Shown: piece after piece, positions 29,774 to 40,116 of the stretch | Layout: every line of letters starts with the position of its first letter | How positions within the stretch are numbered: the first letter of the stretch is position 1 | Assembly (NCBI GenBank): GCA_038227875.1 | Contig: JBBRPR010000021.1 | Location: 70,999 to 134,998, forward strand | DNA length: 64,000 bases | Reading direction: 5' to 3' | Source of the DNA: Planctomycetota bacterium | Lineage (GTDB): Bacteria > Planctomycetota > SZUA-567 > H5-PLA8 | Translations under genes and position numbers: made by a program | Notes under the pieces: generated by a model | Seen by the model: the letters and a program-made list of their open reading frames with translations, nothing else | Told to the model about the DNA's origin: nothing | The model's database searches: none

Positions 29774-31285
29774 CTACCGCTTTTGGCGCTGCTGCAACGC
29801 GTTGAGAATCACGTGCTCAATTAGTTCATGCGGAGCAGACTGGCCGGTCCAAAGTTCAAACTGGCGCAGCCCTTGTCCGACGAACATGACCCACCCTTCA
29901 ACGGTCTTGCAACCACGTTCGGCTGCACTGTTTAAAAGTCGGGTGCGGAGCGGATTATACACGGTATCAAAGACAATGCTACCCTGTGGAATTTGTTCTT
30001 TTTCCAATGGGCTGGACTCGATTTTTGGATGCATGCCCAGCGGCGTGGTATTCACGAGCGCGTCGATCTTTTGTGTCGCAAGCTCTTTTAGATCAATGAC
30101 TTGCGCATTGGCTTCGCGCGCAAGAGTCTCCGCCCTTTCGCGCGTCCGGTTGGCCACCAGCACGGTCGCTCCGAGTTCCCGCACGCCAAAAGCCACCGCG
30201 CGGGCCGCGCCTCCGGCGCCTAAAATCAGTACCCGCTTGCCCTTCAAAGTCCCGCTGGCTTGCTCCAACGCCTTGGCCGCCGCGAAGGCATCGGTGTTCG
30301 CCGCGAACCACGTTCCGTTCGGTTTCAGCACCAGCGTATTCACCGCACCGATCGCTTTGGCTACGGGGTCAATTTCCGTGCACGCCGCGCCGACGGTTTC
30401 CTTGTGGGGAATCGTCACCGATAATCCGCGAATCCCCAGCGGCGCAAATACGCGTACGAATTCCGCTGCGTCGCAATCCACTTTGAACGGAAGGTAAAGC
30501 CCGTCCAACTTCAGCGCGCGAAAAGCCGTATTGTGGAGCAGCGGCGAGAGCGAATGCCCGATCGGATTCCCGATCACGCCGTACACCGGCCAACCCGGCC
30601 GGATTTCGCGGTAGCGGTAGAGTTCATCCAATTCCCGCCACGTCAACTGCCCTGGCGCCGTGCCGGGCGCGCCTTCGCCGCGCGCATATGTCAGCGGCGA
30701 ATTGAAGAGCGGGCCACAGACGCGCGTCCAGAATCCGAACTCGCCCATACCCAGCACAATCGCGCTGCGCTTGGAATCGCGCGCGTTCGTCAGCAGGTTT
30801 AACAACCGCACGCCGTCGAGCATCGTCTGCGGCGTGGTCGCGATCTTGATCACGTCCGCGTCGGCGTCGCCGCTCATCAACGTCCATTGCGCCGTCAACG
30901 CCGCCTCATCCGGCACCGCGTTGAAATCGTGAAAACTCAAGATGAGCTGCGAGCGCCCCTTGCGGAAATTTCCGCGCCGCGTCCGCGCCTCGATGTCCAC
31001 GTACCGCACGCCCGCGTCAGCTGCCTGTTGCAAATACGCCAGCCGCTCCGCATCGGTAAGCTTCGGATTCTTCCCGCCTTCATCCGGATGCCGACAGGTG
31101 ACCACGCACTCCGTCCCTACCGCCGTCAGCGCCGCACTCAACGTCGCGCTGCTGAGATCCGAATAAAAATCCAACCGCAGCTCAACGAGAAACCCGTCGC
31201 GGCCTTTGAAACCGCGAAACTCCGCATCGCTGAGCAATTCAGCGATGGAGGTATGGTGAGAGGCAACGCAAATCCGGGAGGTCAT
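29774..31285 (-). CDS. aroDE: Bifunctional type I 3-dehydroquinate dehydratase / shikimate dehydrogenase
   Basis: ELRLD, SFHDF, TAPGQ; HSLSPLLHN, SVTIPHK, GAVNT, GAGGAARA, NTTPLGM. Confidence 0.93.
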   Translation of the reverse strand: MTSRICVASHHTSIAELLSDAEFRGFKGRDGFLVELRLDFYSDLSSATLSAALTAVGTECVVTCRHPDEGGKNPKLTDAERLAYLQQAADAGVRYVDIEARTRRGNFRKGRSQLILSFHDFNAVPDEAALTAQWTLMSGDADADVIKIATTPQTMLDGVRLLNLLTNARDSKRSAIVLGMGEFGFWTRVCGPLFNSPLTYARGEGAPGTAPGQLTWRELDELYRYREIRPGWPVYGVIGNPIGHSLSPLLHNTAFRALKLDGLYLPFKVDCDAAEFVRVFAPLGIRGLSVTIPHKETVGAACTEIDPVAKAIGAVNTLVLKPNGTWFAANTDAFAAAKALEQASGTLKGKRVLILGAGGAARAVAFGVRELGATVLVANRTRERAETLAREANAQVIDLKELATQKIDALVNTTPLGMHPKIESSPLEKEQIPQGSIVFDTVYNPLRTRLLNSAAERGCKTVEGWVMFVGQGLRQFELWTGQSAPHELIEHVILNALQQRQKR

Positions 31286-31298
31286 CTGGTTTTTGATC

Positions 31299-31418
31299 TC
31301 TCGCAAAGACGCAAAGACGCAAAGAACGGCAACGGATTGTTGCCCAACTTTCGCGACGTCGGTTCCGCCAGATCACCTGCAGTTGCAGTTCTTTGCGTCT
31401 TTGCGACTTTGCGCGAGA
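31299..31418. repeat. 120-bp inverted-repeat element with octameric CGCAAAGA arms
   Basis: TCTCGCAAAGACGCAAAGACGCAAAGAAC ... GTTCTTTGCGTCTTTGCGACTTTGCGCGAGA. Confidence 0.8.
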
Positions 31419-31444
31419 CTAGAAAATCCGGCTTGGCGAGCAAG

Positions 31445-31762
31445 CTACGCATCATCGAGATCCACCGCCTGCTCCAGCGGCACCACCGTGATCTTGCCGT
31501 CACCGATGCGCCCTGTCCGCGCGCCTTCCAGCAGCGCCTGCTCGATCGCCGCGACCGCGGAGTCTTCGCAGTAAATCTCGATCCGCGCTTTGGGCAGAAA
31601 GGTCAGGCCGTACTCCGAACCCTTGTACAATTCCAACTGCCCTTTTTGACGCCCGTAACCGCGCACTTCCGCGATCAGCACGTCGAAAATGCCGTCCTGC
31701 GGAAGCCGGGTGAGAATGGCTTCGAGCTTGAATGGCTTGAAGTAGGCGGTCACTTTTTTCAT
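31445..31762 (-). CDS. P-II family nitrogen regulator (GlnB/GlnK-like)
   Basis: KPFKL, GYGRQKG...YKGSEY...FLPK, TGRIGDGKI. Confidence 0.9.
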   Translation of the reverse strand: MKKVTAYFKPFKLEAILTRLPQDGIFDVLIAEVRGYGRQKGQLELYKGSEYGLTFLPKARIEIYCEDSAVAAIEQALLEGARTGRIGDGKITVVPLEQAVDLDDA

Positions 31763-31860
31763 GCGTTACCCGGAGCGGTTGAAACCAACTGTGAGCACTT
31801 TATATCGACGCAACGAAGATTGCCACCGCAGTCAATTCCAGCTGCGAAATGGGAGCAACT

Positions 31861-34773
31861 TCAGACCGGCTCTGGGCGCGGCAATCGGGCGATAAATTTC
31901 TCCAGTTCAACCGGGTCCACCGGCTTGACGATGTGCGTGGTAAAGCCAGCCTCCTGAGAAAGTCGCCGGTCTTCGTCCTGCCCCCATCCCGTGCAGGCGA
32001 TGATCACCGGCTTATCGCCGCCCGGCAGGCTCCGAATGCGGCGACACACTTCGTAGCCGTCGACAAAGGGCAGTCCAATGTCGAGCAACATCACGTCCGG
32101 CATCGACTCCCGCGCAGCTTCCACTCCGGCCAGACCGTCGTGGAACACACGAACCTGGTGGCCCATCATCGTCAGCATCATGCTCAACGTTTCGGCCGCG
32201 TCGTTGTTGTCGTCAACGACCAGGATCCGCAGTCCGGCCGTGGCGCGACGCAAACCGGACGCATCCGCGGTGCGGAGCGGGGCCGAACTTTCGAGAATCG
32301 GGAGCCGCACGATAAATTCGCTGCCCTGCCCGGTGCCTGCGCTGCGGGCCTCCACCGTGCCCCCATGCAACTCGACGAGCTTCTTCACCAATGTCAATCC
32401 GATCCCCATGCCGCCCTGCGCGCGCTCCAGCGTCCGGTCGACTTGCGTGAACATTTCGAAGACCTTCGACAGCATCGCCGGCGGTATACCGGATCCAGAA
32501 TCCTTCACGCTGACGATGACCTCCCCGTCGCGCCGTTTCGCGGTAAATTCGATGTGGCCGCCGTCGGGCGTGTACTTGGCGGCGTTGTTCAACAGGTTGG
32601 AAAAAACCTGCGACAGGCGCGTCAAATCCGCATCCAGCTGGATGGGCTCTGACGGAACGTTCACGTTCAACATGTGCCGGTTGGCGTCGATCAACGGGCG
32701 GCTCGTTTCCAACGCGGTTTTCACCACGGCGGAAAAGTCGATCCGCTTTTTGCGCAGTTCCAGGCGGCCGCGCGTGATGCGGCTCACGTCCATCAAGTCA
32801 TCCACCAGCCGGACCATGTGCGTCAACTGCCGCTCCATCATCGGCAGAATGTCCGGCGTCGTCGCACCTTCCGCGCGGGTGCTTTTCAGGATGTGAATGC
32901 CATTGCGAATCGGAGCCAGCGGGTTGCGCAGTTCATGCGCCAGCGTTGCCAGAAATTCGTTCTTGCGCCGATCGGCATCCTGCAACTTCTCTTCGCTTTT
33001 GCGCAACGCCTGCTCGATGTCCTTCTGCGCCGTCATGTCGCGCGTGAAGCCGGCCACCGCAATGACGCGTCCGTCGGCGTCCATCACGGGAGAGAAGATG
33101 TATTGATATACGCCGGCCTTGCCCGTGGGACTGGTATAGGGCGTCTCGTCCACGACCCGTGTTCCCGTCCGGACCACGTCTTGAATCTGCCGTTGCAACG
33201 TCTCCGCCAGATCATAAGGGTATTTCAGATCGTGAAAATTCTTGCCCACCGCCTGTTCTTGAGTAATTCCCCAGAGATCCAGCAGCGCCTTGTTCATGTA
33301 GGTGAAACGGCCTTCCAAATCGAAGGTGTAGGCAAAATCCGAGATGGAAGACAGCATCAGATCGAAGCGGCGCGACTGCTCCGCCAGCCGCTCGTCGGCC
33401 AATTGCTGAGCGGTAATGTCGATCACCACACCCGGCAGCCCGACTGCCCGCCCTGAAGCATCGCGCTCCAGTCGGCCGCGCGCCACCACCCAGCGCCACG
33501 GCACGGTCGTACTGCCGTCGGTCGCGCGAATGCGGTATTTTACGTCATACGCTACACCCGTCTCAATCGCGCGCGACGTGGCCTCTTTCACACGTACCCG
33601 ATCGTCCGGATGAATTGCGGCGATGAATTCGTCAGGCGACGCATCGGTCGTAACGTTGAACATCCGCGCCAGATTGCGGTCCGCCCGTATGGAATTGCGG
33701 GCAAGATCGTATACCCACGTGCCGATCTCACCGATCGTCAGCATCGATTCCAGCCGCGAACGGGCATCGTGGAGTTCATCGGCCGTGCGCTTGGCGTCCG
33801 AGATATCGGTATTCGTGCCAAACCAGCGCGTCACCTTTCCGTTCGCATCCTTGACCGGCACGACCCGCGTGAGGAACGTGCGAAACGCGCCATCGCCGCC
33901 CTTCAGCGGAAAGACCATGTCGAAAGGGCTTCCCGTCGCAATGGACGCCTGCCAGCGCTCCAGCACTTTCGGCAGTTCGTTGGGATCATGTACCGACTGC
34001 CAGCCCCACCCTTCCATCTGGGCCAGCGTCGTCCCGGTGTAATCGTACCAGCGCTGGTTGTACCAGAAGATATGGCCGTCGGATTTCGCCATCCACGCCA
34101 GATGCGGTATCGACTCCGCCAGCGTTGCAAACTGGCGCTCGCGATCCACGATCACTTTTTCGGAGCTTAAAATTCCGGCCCCCACCACGATGCTCGTTAC
34201 CACCGCCACAAGCACGCCGGCGATCAGCAGAAACAACGCAAAGCCCACGACGGCCTTGATGTCCGAGCGCACCTGCAGACGCCGTGTGTCGTATTTTTCC
34301 CCGGCGTCCTGCTGAACGGCTTCGATTTGCTTCTGCAGCGCCGACCACTTGTCCGCCAGCATCCGCGAATCGGCGGGCGGAATCGCCCCCCTGTCGGTGA
34401 CCATCAATTTCCGACCGATTTGCTGCAAATCGTTCCAGCGTTCCTGCAGCTGCGCCGCCATCTCGCGCTGTTGATCCGACTGCGCCAGCCGCTCGTAATC
34501 GGCCAGATTTTTGTCCACCTCGTCGATCGCCGTTTTGGCTGATTGCTTGGTTGTGGATTCGTACAGTTGCATGCCCGTCCGCACGTGGAGCGTGAACTCC
34601 GCCACGTTGGTTTCAAGGTCCTGCGTCACGACGCTGCGCGGTCGCGCGAATTCAGAAACGCGCCCGACGTTGTAATCGATCGCCTGGACGCGAAAATAAA
34701 TAGCGGCCACCGCCACCACCAACAGCATGGTCAAGGTTCCAAAGCCCAGCATTAACTTTTTGGTGGTGGTCAT
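31861..34773 (-). CDS. Membrane hybrid PAS histidine kinase/receiver
   Basis: 2 TM segments, 3 PAS domains, LAHELRNPL, NLLNNAAKY, GMGIGL, and receiver LLDIGLP. Confidence 0.95.
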   Translation of the reverse strand: MTTTKKLMLGFGTLTMLLVVAVAAIYFRVQAIDYNVGRVSEFARPRSVVTQDLETNVAEFTLHVRTGMQLYESTTKQSAKTAIDEVDKNLADYERLAQSDQQREMAAQLQERWNDLQQIGRKLMVTDRGAIPPADSRMLADKWSALQKQIEAVQQDAGEKYDTRRLQVRSDIKAVVGFALFLLIAGVLVAVVTSIVVGAGILSSEKVIVDRERQFATLAESIPHLAWMAKSDGHIFWYNQRWYDYTGTTLAQMEGWGWQSVHDPNELPKVLERWQASIATGSPFDMVFPLKGGDGAFRTFLTRVVPVKDANGKVTRWFGTNTDISDAKRTADELHDARSRLESMLTIGEIGTWVYDLARNSIRADRNLARMFNVTTDASPDEFIAAIHPDDRVRVKEATSRAIETGVAYDVKYRIRATDGSTTVPWRWVVARGRLERDASGRAVGLPGVVIDITAQQLADERLAEQSRRFDLMLSSISDFAYTFDLEGRFTYMNKALLDLWGITQEQAVGKNFHDLKYPYDLAETLQRQIQDVVRTGTRVVDETPYTSPTGKAGVYQYIFSPVMDADGRVIAVAGFTRDMTAQKDIEQALRKSEEKLQDADRRKNEFLATLAHELRNPLAPIRNGIHILKSTRAEGATTPDILPMMERQLTHMVRLVDDLMDVSRITRGRLELRKKRIDFSAVVKTALETSRPLIDANRHMLNVNVPSEPIQLDADLTRLSQVFSNLLNNAAKYTPDGGHIEFTAKRRDGEVIVSVKDSGSGIPPAMLSKVFEMFTQVDRTLERAQGGMGIGLTLVKKLVELHGGTVEARSAGTGQGSEFIVRLPILESSAPLRTADASGLRRATAGLRILVVDDNNDAAETLSMMLTMMGHQVRVFHDGLAGVEAARESMPDVMLLDIGLPFVDGYEVCRRIRSLPGGDKPVIIACTGWGQDEDRRLSQEAGFTTHIVKPVDPVELEKFIARLPRPEPV

Positions 34774-35071
34774 ACGAATTCCGAAGAACTGGCGTGCGGA
34801 ACGTGAACGCCGTCATGTTTGCCCCGTCGCAATAAAAGACAAGCAGAAATAGCACCTGCAACCGACAAAAAGAATGCGCCCAGCGGCTGAAGCACATGAA
34901 CTCCGTGCGATGGATTAGTCACCACCATTCAGTCATCCACCTAGGCTGAAGACCTCAATAAACATCAATTTGTGCTAAAATATAATAAGTCCGTCTCTAG
35001 GGTCCCGAGCCTCCATCCGGTATATTTCCTGCGTCCTTTGGGAAGCCACGAGACATATATACCGGTCCGGA

Positions 35072-35935
35072 GTGCCCGACATCATGCTGAACCCGCAACA
35101 GATCGAACAGTATCGCGTTGATGGCTATGCCGTGATCGACGGCCTCTTCTCGCCGTCCGAAGTGGAAGAGCTGCGCGCCGCCAGCGAAGATCCCGGCGTC
35201 AAGAAGAGTCTCAAGGCCAGCGGCGGCGACGATCACATCGTTCACCTGCTCGAGATTACCTGCAAGCACGCCGCCTTCCGCGAACTGGCCCGCGACACCC
35301 GCATCACCGATCTCGTCGCGCAACTGATCGGCAACGACATTCAGCTCCAGCATTCCAAGCTCGCCACCAAGCCGCCCAAAGTCGACGCCGGAGCGTTCGC
35401 GTGGCACCAGGATTACGCCTACTTTCCGCACACCAACACCGACCTCCTTGCCGTGATGGTGATGCTCGACGACGCCACGCCGGAAAACGGTTGCATGTCG
35501 GTCGTCAAAGGCAGCCAAAAGCACGGCCTGCTCAAGCACGACGACAAGGGCTGGTTTCTCGGCGCGTGCCAGGAACCGAAGTACTGGGACGACGCGCCCG
35601 AAAATGTCGTCCCGCTCACACCCAAGGCCGGCGGCATCAGCATCCATCATTGCCTGACGCTCCACGCCTCGCCCAACAACCTCAGCGGCCGGCCGCGCCG
35701 CGGCGTCGTCTTTCAGTACCGCGCCGCCGATGCCTACCAGATGTCCGATCACGTCTGGGCCGACACGGGCTTCCAGGTCCGCGGCAATCCGTCCGATTTC
35801 GCGCGCTGCGACGCCGGCACCGTGCGTCTCTCCAAGTCGCGCTCCCGCAAGCCCAATCCGTTCGGCAACATGTACTTTCAGACCGGCGCGCTGGCTACTG
35901 AATGGAACGCGCCGCAGCCCGCCGTGAAAGCGTGA
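35072..35935 (+). CDS. Phytanoyl-CoA dioxygenase (PhyH) family protein
   Basis: AWHQD, LDDATPENGCM...GSQK, TLHAS..N...R (alternative start at 35084). Confidence 0.92.
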   Translation: MPDIMLNPQQIEQYRVDGYAVIDGLFSPSEVEELRAASEDPGVKKSLKASGGDDHIVHLLEITCKHAAFRELARDTRITDLVAQLIGNDIQLQHSKLATKPPKVDAGAFAWHQDYAYFPHTNTDLLAVMVMLDDATPENGCMSVVKGSQKHGLLKHDDKGWFLGACQEPKYWDDAPENVVPLTPKAGGISIHHCLTLHASPNNLSGRPRRGVVFQYRAADAYQMSDHVWADTGFQVRGNPSDFARCDAGTVRLSKSRSRKPNPFGNMYFQTGALATEWNAPQPAVKA

Positions 35936-35977
35936 ATTCGTCTCTAACCTTCGCCTAACCCTTTTGGAGAACCCTTC

Positions 35978-36895
35978 ATGTCCGGCAAAAAAGTTCCCGT
36001 GATCCTCGACACCGATATTGGTTCCGACATCGACGATGCCGTCTGCCTGGCCTATCTGCTCAAGCAGCCCGCCTGCGAACTCGTCGGCATCACCACCGTC
36101 AGCGGCGAACCGCAGAAGCGCGCCGCGCTGGCCGATGCCGTCTGCCGCGCCGCCGGCCGCAAGAACGTGCCGATCCACTCGGGTTGTACGACCGCGATCC
36201 ACGGGAAAGTGATGCAGCCGGAATGTCCGCAGGCTTCCGTGCTCTCGCGTTTCGATCACCGCGCGCCCGAGGAATTCAAGCCCAACACCGCCGTCGAATA
36301 CCTGCGCGAACAGATCCGCTCGCGCCCCGGCGAAATCACCCTGCTGGCCATCGGCCCGATGACCAACATCGGCCTGCTCTTCGCCGTCGATCCGGAAATC
36401 CCTTCGCTGCTCAAGGAACTGGTCCTGATGTGCGGCATCTTCACACATCGCCTCAACGGAATGGGTCCGTCGGGCCGCGAATGGAACGCGCTCAACGATC
36501 CGCTCTCCACCGCGATCACCTACGCCGGCAAGGTCAAGAAGCACGTCTCGATCGGCCTGGAAGTGACCTGCAAGTGCCAGCTCCCCAGTACCGACTGCGT
36601 GGAGAAGTTCAAACAGATCGGCGGCCCGCTCTCCGTGGTCTCCGCCGCGACGGAAGTCTGGTCGAAGCACGGCCACAAGGTCACCTTCCACGACCCGCTC
36701 GCCGCGACGACGATCTTCAAGCCCGAAATCTGCACGTGGGCCGACGGCAAAGTCGACGTGGACATCAAGAGCGAGCTGGTCCCCGGCATGACGCTCTTCA
36801 ACGAAAAAGCCGCCGAAAAGCCCCACCGCATCGCCGTCGACGTCAATCCGGAGATGTTCTTCAATCACTATTTTGAAGTGACGTCAGGGAAATGA
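35978..36895 (+). CDS. Nucleoside hydrolase (IU-NH family)
   Basis: DTDIGSDIDDA, IGPMTN, EWN..ND, FHDPLA. Confidence 0.93.
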   Translation: MSGKKVPVILDTDIGSDIDDAVCLAYLLKQPACELVGITTVSGEPQKRAALADAVCRAAGRKNVPIHSGCTTAIHGKVMQPECPQASVLSRFDHRAPEEFKPNTAVEYLREQIRSRPGEITLLAIGPMTNIGLLFAVDPEIPSLLKELVLMCGIFTHRLNGMGPSGREWNALNDPLSTAITYAGKVKKHVSIGLEVTCKCQLPSTDCVEKFKQIGGPLSVVSAATEVWSKHGHKVTFHDPLAATTIFKPEICTWADGKVDVDIKSELVPGMTLFNEKAAEKPHRIAVDVNPEMFFNHYFEVTSGK

Positions 36896-36897
36896 CG

Positions 36898-37056
36898 GAA
36901 TGTCGAATGTCGAATGTCGAATGTCGAATGTCGAAAAAACGCGCCGCATTCAGCGGCGCGTTTGTTTTGATGAAGCCCGTCCTCAAAACCCGCGAGGGTG
37001 GCCCACCCGATTTTCGAAGAAAACACGTCGTCAAAAACCCGTCCCGAGAACACGGG
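36898..37056. repeat. Dispersed composite repeat, copy A (GAATGTC heptamers plus REP-like core)
   Basis: (GAATGTC)5; hairpin CGCGCCGC/GCGGCGCG; 26-bp core at 36988-37013 identical to 53461-53486. Confidence 0.8.
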
Positions 37057-37084
37057 TGCTCCCGTCGCGCGACCGCCTACTGCC

Positions 37085-39970
37085 TCACACACCCTGCCGC
37101 CCCAAAGCCGCCTCCAACTCCTCCGCCAGCCCCTTCAGATCAGCCTGAACCGCCAGCGGCGCCCCAAACTTCCGCGCCAGCTCCGCCTTCCGTGCCTCAT
37201 GCTTTTTGTAGAGCTCCTCCGGAGAATCCTTCGACGCAAGAACGCGGAAAATCTTCCGCTTCGGTTCGTCCTTCGCAAACGCCACCCGAAGACTCACCAG
37301 CACCGCGTTCTCCTTTTCAAAACGCGTGACGAACTCAAAGCCGCACGCCGGCGACTTCATCGCATCGCAATTGAACTTCGCCCACGTGTCGCCCTTCGTG
37401 TACCCACGGTAAATGTTATGAGCCAGGAACGTGCCGACTAAATTCCCCAGCGGCGTGAAGCCCAGCCCGCGCATCGTCGCATCGGCCTCCGCCAGCATCT
37501 CCTCCACGCCCTCGCCCACGCTGCGCGGATCGACGGTGTAGTAACGCCGGAACGGAAGCATGCCCGACTCCAGCGTCTTTCCAGCGCCCGAGTCCCAGAC
37601 CAACTGATGCCGCGCGCTCGGCTGAGGATTCTGAAAGGCCACGGTCGCGCGTTCGTAATCCGTCGCCAGGCCCAGCGCGGTAGGTTCGAGCTGGCGCAGC
37701 GGGCCGTAAAATTCCGTCAGGTACGCGCAGCGCCGCGTGTGCGCCTCCCACAGCGCCGTCTCGGTGATCGGCTGCAATCCCGTGCGAAAGACATCGCGCG
37801 GCAGATCGTCGCGCGCCATCGCGTTGCGCGTGGACGTCAATCCCCCGCCCTGCTGGAAGTAGCAGAAAAATTCAAACGAGCCGTTGCCGCCAGGGCCGAC
37901 CATCAGCACACCCCAGTGGCTTCGCGTCGCGTCCACGTAGCCGCGAACGACCAGGTGCGACGCGCTGCTGATCAGCATGTCTCCGGCATGAGTAAACCCC
38001 AGCGGTCCGATCTGCTTCTCGAAGTCGGCCACGCGCTGCGCAGCCGCCGCATCGATCTTCGTCGCATCGCTGGCGAAGTACTGGCGCTCACGCTCGCCCT
38101 TCAGCAGCGTTTCCCCGTGCGGCAGCGCCGGGCGGTTTCCGAATTGCAGCGGATTCCGGGCGCGCTCCTCCTTGGCTTTCTGCTCCTGCTCCTCCATGTC
38201 GTAGACCGTGAAGGCGTCCTTGAACTGCCGTACAAAAATCTCCGCGGCGACGTAATTGAGCATCTCCGGTTCCGGCCTGGTCATCGCCACGCCGCGTGAG
38301 CCGTCGGCCACGGCCGGGTTCTCTTTGAAGAACGCATGCCGCTTCAGATATGTCAGCACCTTCTCCGCGACTTCGGCGGAGTCCGCTTCGATTTTCGTCC
38401 CACTCTCAACCTGAGCCGAAAGCGCCAAGGCCTGCTCCAGCCGACTGCGTTCCAGCGGTGGGAACGTCTCCTCCAACTCCAGTTCTCCCCCGCGAACGTG
38501 CCCGTAGTACCGGTGCAGCGCCATCGGGCGCTCCAGCTTGACCTGTTGCTCGTTGTAATAGAGCGTATCCAATTCCACGCAGCTGCCGTCCGGAAGTCCT
38601 TTCAGCCGCCGGGCGATTTCCGCGACCAGATAAATCTGCCCCAGTTGCCCGCCCGTCGACTGAAATCCCGCGTTCACCCTCGAGCCATCGACGTTCAGCA
38701 CCGAATTTTTCAAGCCGGCGCCGTCCACGGTAAAACGCGCTTCTTTCGGAAGCTCCACGCGGATCTGCGGCATGGTCCAGGCGTGGCAACTCCACGCCAG
38801 GCGGAATAGCCGCTCCAGCCGTTCCAGCGGCATGCTGATCGCGCCACCCGTGAGCGGCGTGCGCGCAAATTTCTGCGTGTGTCGAAAGACATCCACCGGC
38901 GAGACCACAGATTCGACCGGTTTGGGCAGGCCCTCGATCTCCGCCGCCACCAATCCCGCGGGGCAGCGCTGGGGCTCGCGCAGCTGCGAGGGCGTCGAAA
39001 ACCACCCCTGCTCCAGCGCCGGCATCGTCAGACTTGCATCTTCTTCCAAGGGCGTCAGGTGCAGGAGGAAATCGACCAGGCGCGTCTGCTTCTCTTCAAT
39101 CCGCGCGGCCTTTTTCCACTCGGCTTCGTGACCCGGATCCTCCGCGGGATCGCTCACGCAGTCGTTGTGCAACCACGTGGGAAATGCTTCGCCCGGACGC
39201 GTCTTGCGGAACCATTCGCCCAGCGGCTCCGGCTCGTCGCCACCGCGAGCCGACTGCAGGCACGCGTGTCCGTTGATGCCGTTGAAATTCATGTAGAACG
39301 CCACGCGGTACTCGCCGCGTGGGATCGCTAAGGTCCGCGAATAATCGCTCCAATGCTCCGCGCGTTCGCTGGCCTCGCACGCTTCCGACACAAATTCCGA
39401 CCCGCCGCACACGACCAGTTTTCCGTCGGGAACTTTGATCTTCCAATCCAGGCGCCCGGTCCACTCGTCCTTTTCCGCCGTGGTCAGTTCTCCTCCCACC
39501 ACGACGCGCACGACGAATTCGTCATCCTGGATCAGCTCGATGGGGATCAGCTCCCCCTTCTTCACCGCCGTCTCCCACTCCGTGCCGTCGGAATCCCAGC
39601 CCTTCCCCGCCAGCTTCCGCGACGTCACCAGCATTCCCGTGGCTTCGTTGTAAACGTACAGATCCTTGCGCAGCTGCGGCGCCGCCCTCTCCGCGGATTT
39701 CGGCTGTGCAGGCGGCGGTGAGGAATCCGCCGCGGCAGCAACCGCAGCCGCCGGAGCCTCGCCGCCGGCAACCAGCGCGTAGCCTTTCTTCGTCTTCTCG
39801 CTGATCAGCTTGTCGTATTCTTTTTTCGCCAGCGCCTCGCTCGTAAACGTCTTGGTCTGGCTCTGTCCCTTCGTACCGATCTTTCCGTACTGGACGGTGA
39901 AACTTTTCTCCGAAAGCGCAATCTCCCAGAACTTGCTGGAGCCGCCTTCCGTAAATTCATAGCGAGGCAT
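37085..39970 (-). CDS. WGR-domain protein with uncharacterised multi-domain C-terminus
   Basis: SSKFWEI...[10 protein letters not shown]...[11 protein letters not shown]; internal duplication in the last ~340 aa. Confidence 0.88.
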   Translation of the reverse strand: MPRYEFTEGGSSKFWEIALSEKSFTVQYGKIGTKGQSQTKTFTSEALAKKEYDKLISEKTKKGYALVAGGEAPAAAVAAAADSSPPPAQPKSAERAAPQLRKDLYVYNEATGMLVTSRKLAGKGWDSDGTEWETAVKKGELIPIELIQDDEFVVRVVVGGELTTAEKDEWTGRLDWKIKVPDGKLVVCGGSEFVSEACEASERAEHWSDYSRTLAIPRGEYRVAFYMNFNGINGHACLQSARGGDEPEPLGEWFRKTRPGEAFPTWLHNDCVSDPAEDPGHEAEWKKAARIEEKQTRLVDFLLHLTPLEEDASLTMPALEQGWFSTPSQLREPQRCPAGLVAAEIEGLPKPVESVVSPVDVFRHTQKFARTPLTGGAISMPLERLERLFRLAWSCHAWTMPQIRVELPKEARFTVDGAGLKNSVLNVDGSRVNAGFQSTGGQLGQIYLVAEIARRLKGLPDGSCVELDTLYYNEQQVKLERPMALHRYYGHVRGGELELEETFPPLERSRLEQALALSAQVESGTKIEADSAEVAEKVLTYLKRHAFFKENPAVADGSRGVAMTRPEPEMLNYVAAEIFVRQFKDAFTVYDMEEQEQKAKEERARNPLQFGNRPALPHGETLLKGERERQYFASDATKIDAAAAQRVADFEKQIGPLGFTHAGDMLISSASHLVVRGYVDATRSHWGVLMVGPGGNGSFEFFCYFQQGGGLTSTRNAMARDDLPRDVFRTGLQPITETALWEAHTRRCAYLTEFYGPLRQLEPTALGLATDYERATVAFQNPQPSARHQLVWDSGAGKTLESGMLPFRRYYTVDPRSVGEGVEEMLAEADATMRGLGFTPLGNLVGTFLAHNIYRGYTKGDTWAKFNCDAMKSPACGFEFVTRFEKENAVLVSLRVAFAKDEPKRKIFRVLASKDSPEELYKKHEARKAELARKFGAPLAVQADLKGLAEELEAALGRQGV

Positions 39971-40116
39971 CGTCGTCCCTCCGCGATCCGATTATTGTTA
40001 ATCCCGCCAGTCAACTGTGGCAAGCTTTATCGGCGCACGCGGCTTTCAAATTTTCGATGACCTGAATCCCGCTCGCCGGTGTAGAATGAGCCACACTACC
40101 GTGCGTGAGGGACAGC

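Noticed and set aside
31301..31330. c-di-GMP-I riboswitch (GACGCAAAG motif)
   Set aside because: The motif is part of the octamer tandem repeat; the GGCAAA/GAAA P1-P2 context is absent.
34896..34949. His-rich mini ORF (MNSVRWISHHHSVIHLG) as an attenuator leader
   Set aside because: No SD, no terminator/antiterminator, and the downstream genes are unrelated to His biosynthesis.
34997..36868. 623-aa minus-strand ORF, and similar long antisense ORFs (20177-21571, 47949-49832, 40603-42165)
   Set aside because: These are shadows of well-supported genes on the opposite strand, as expected from high GC3 codon bias.
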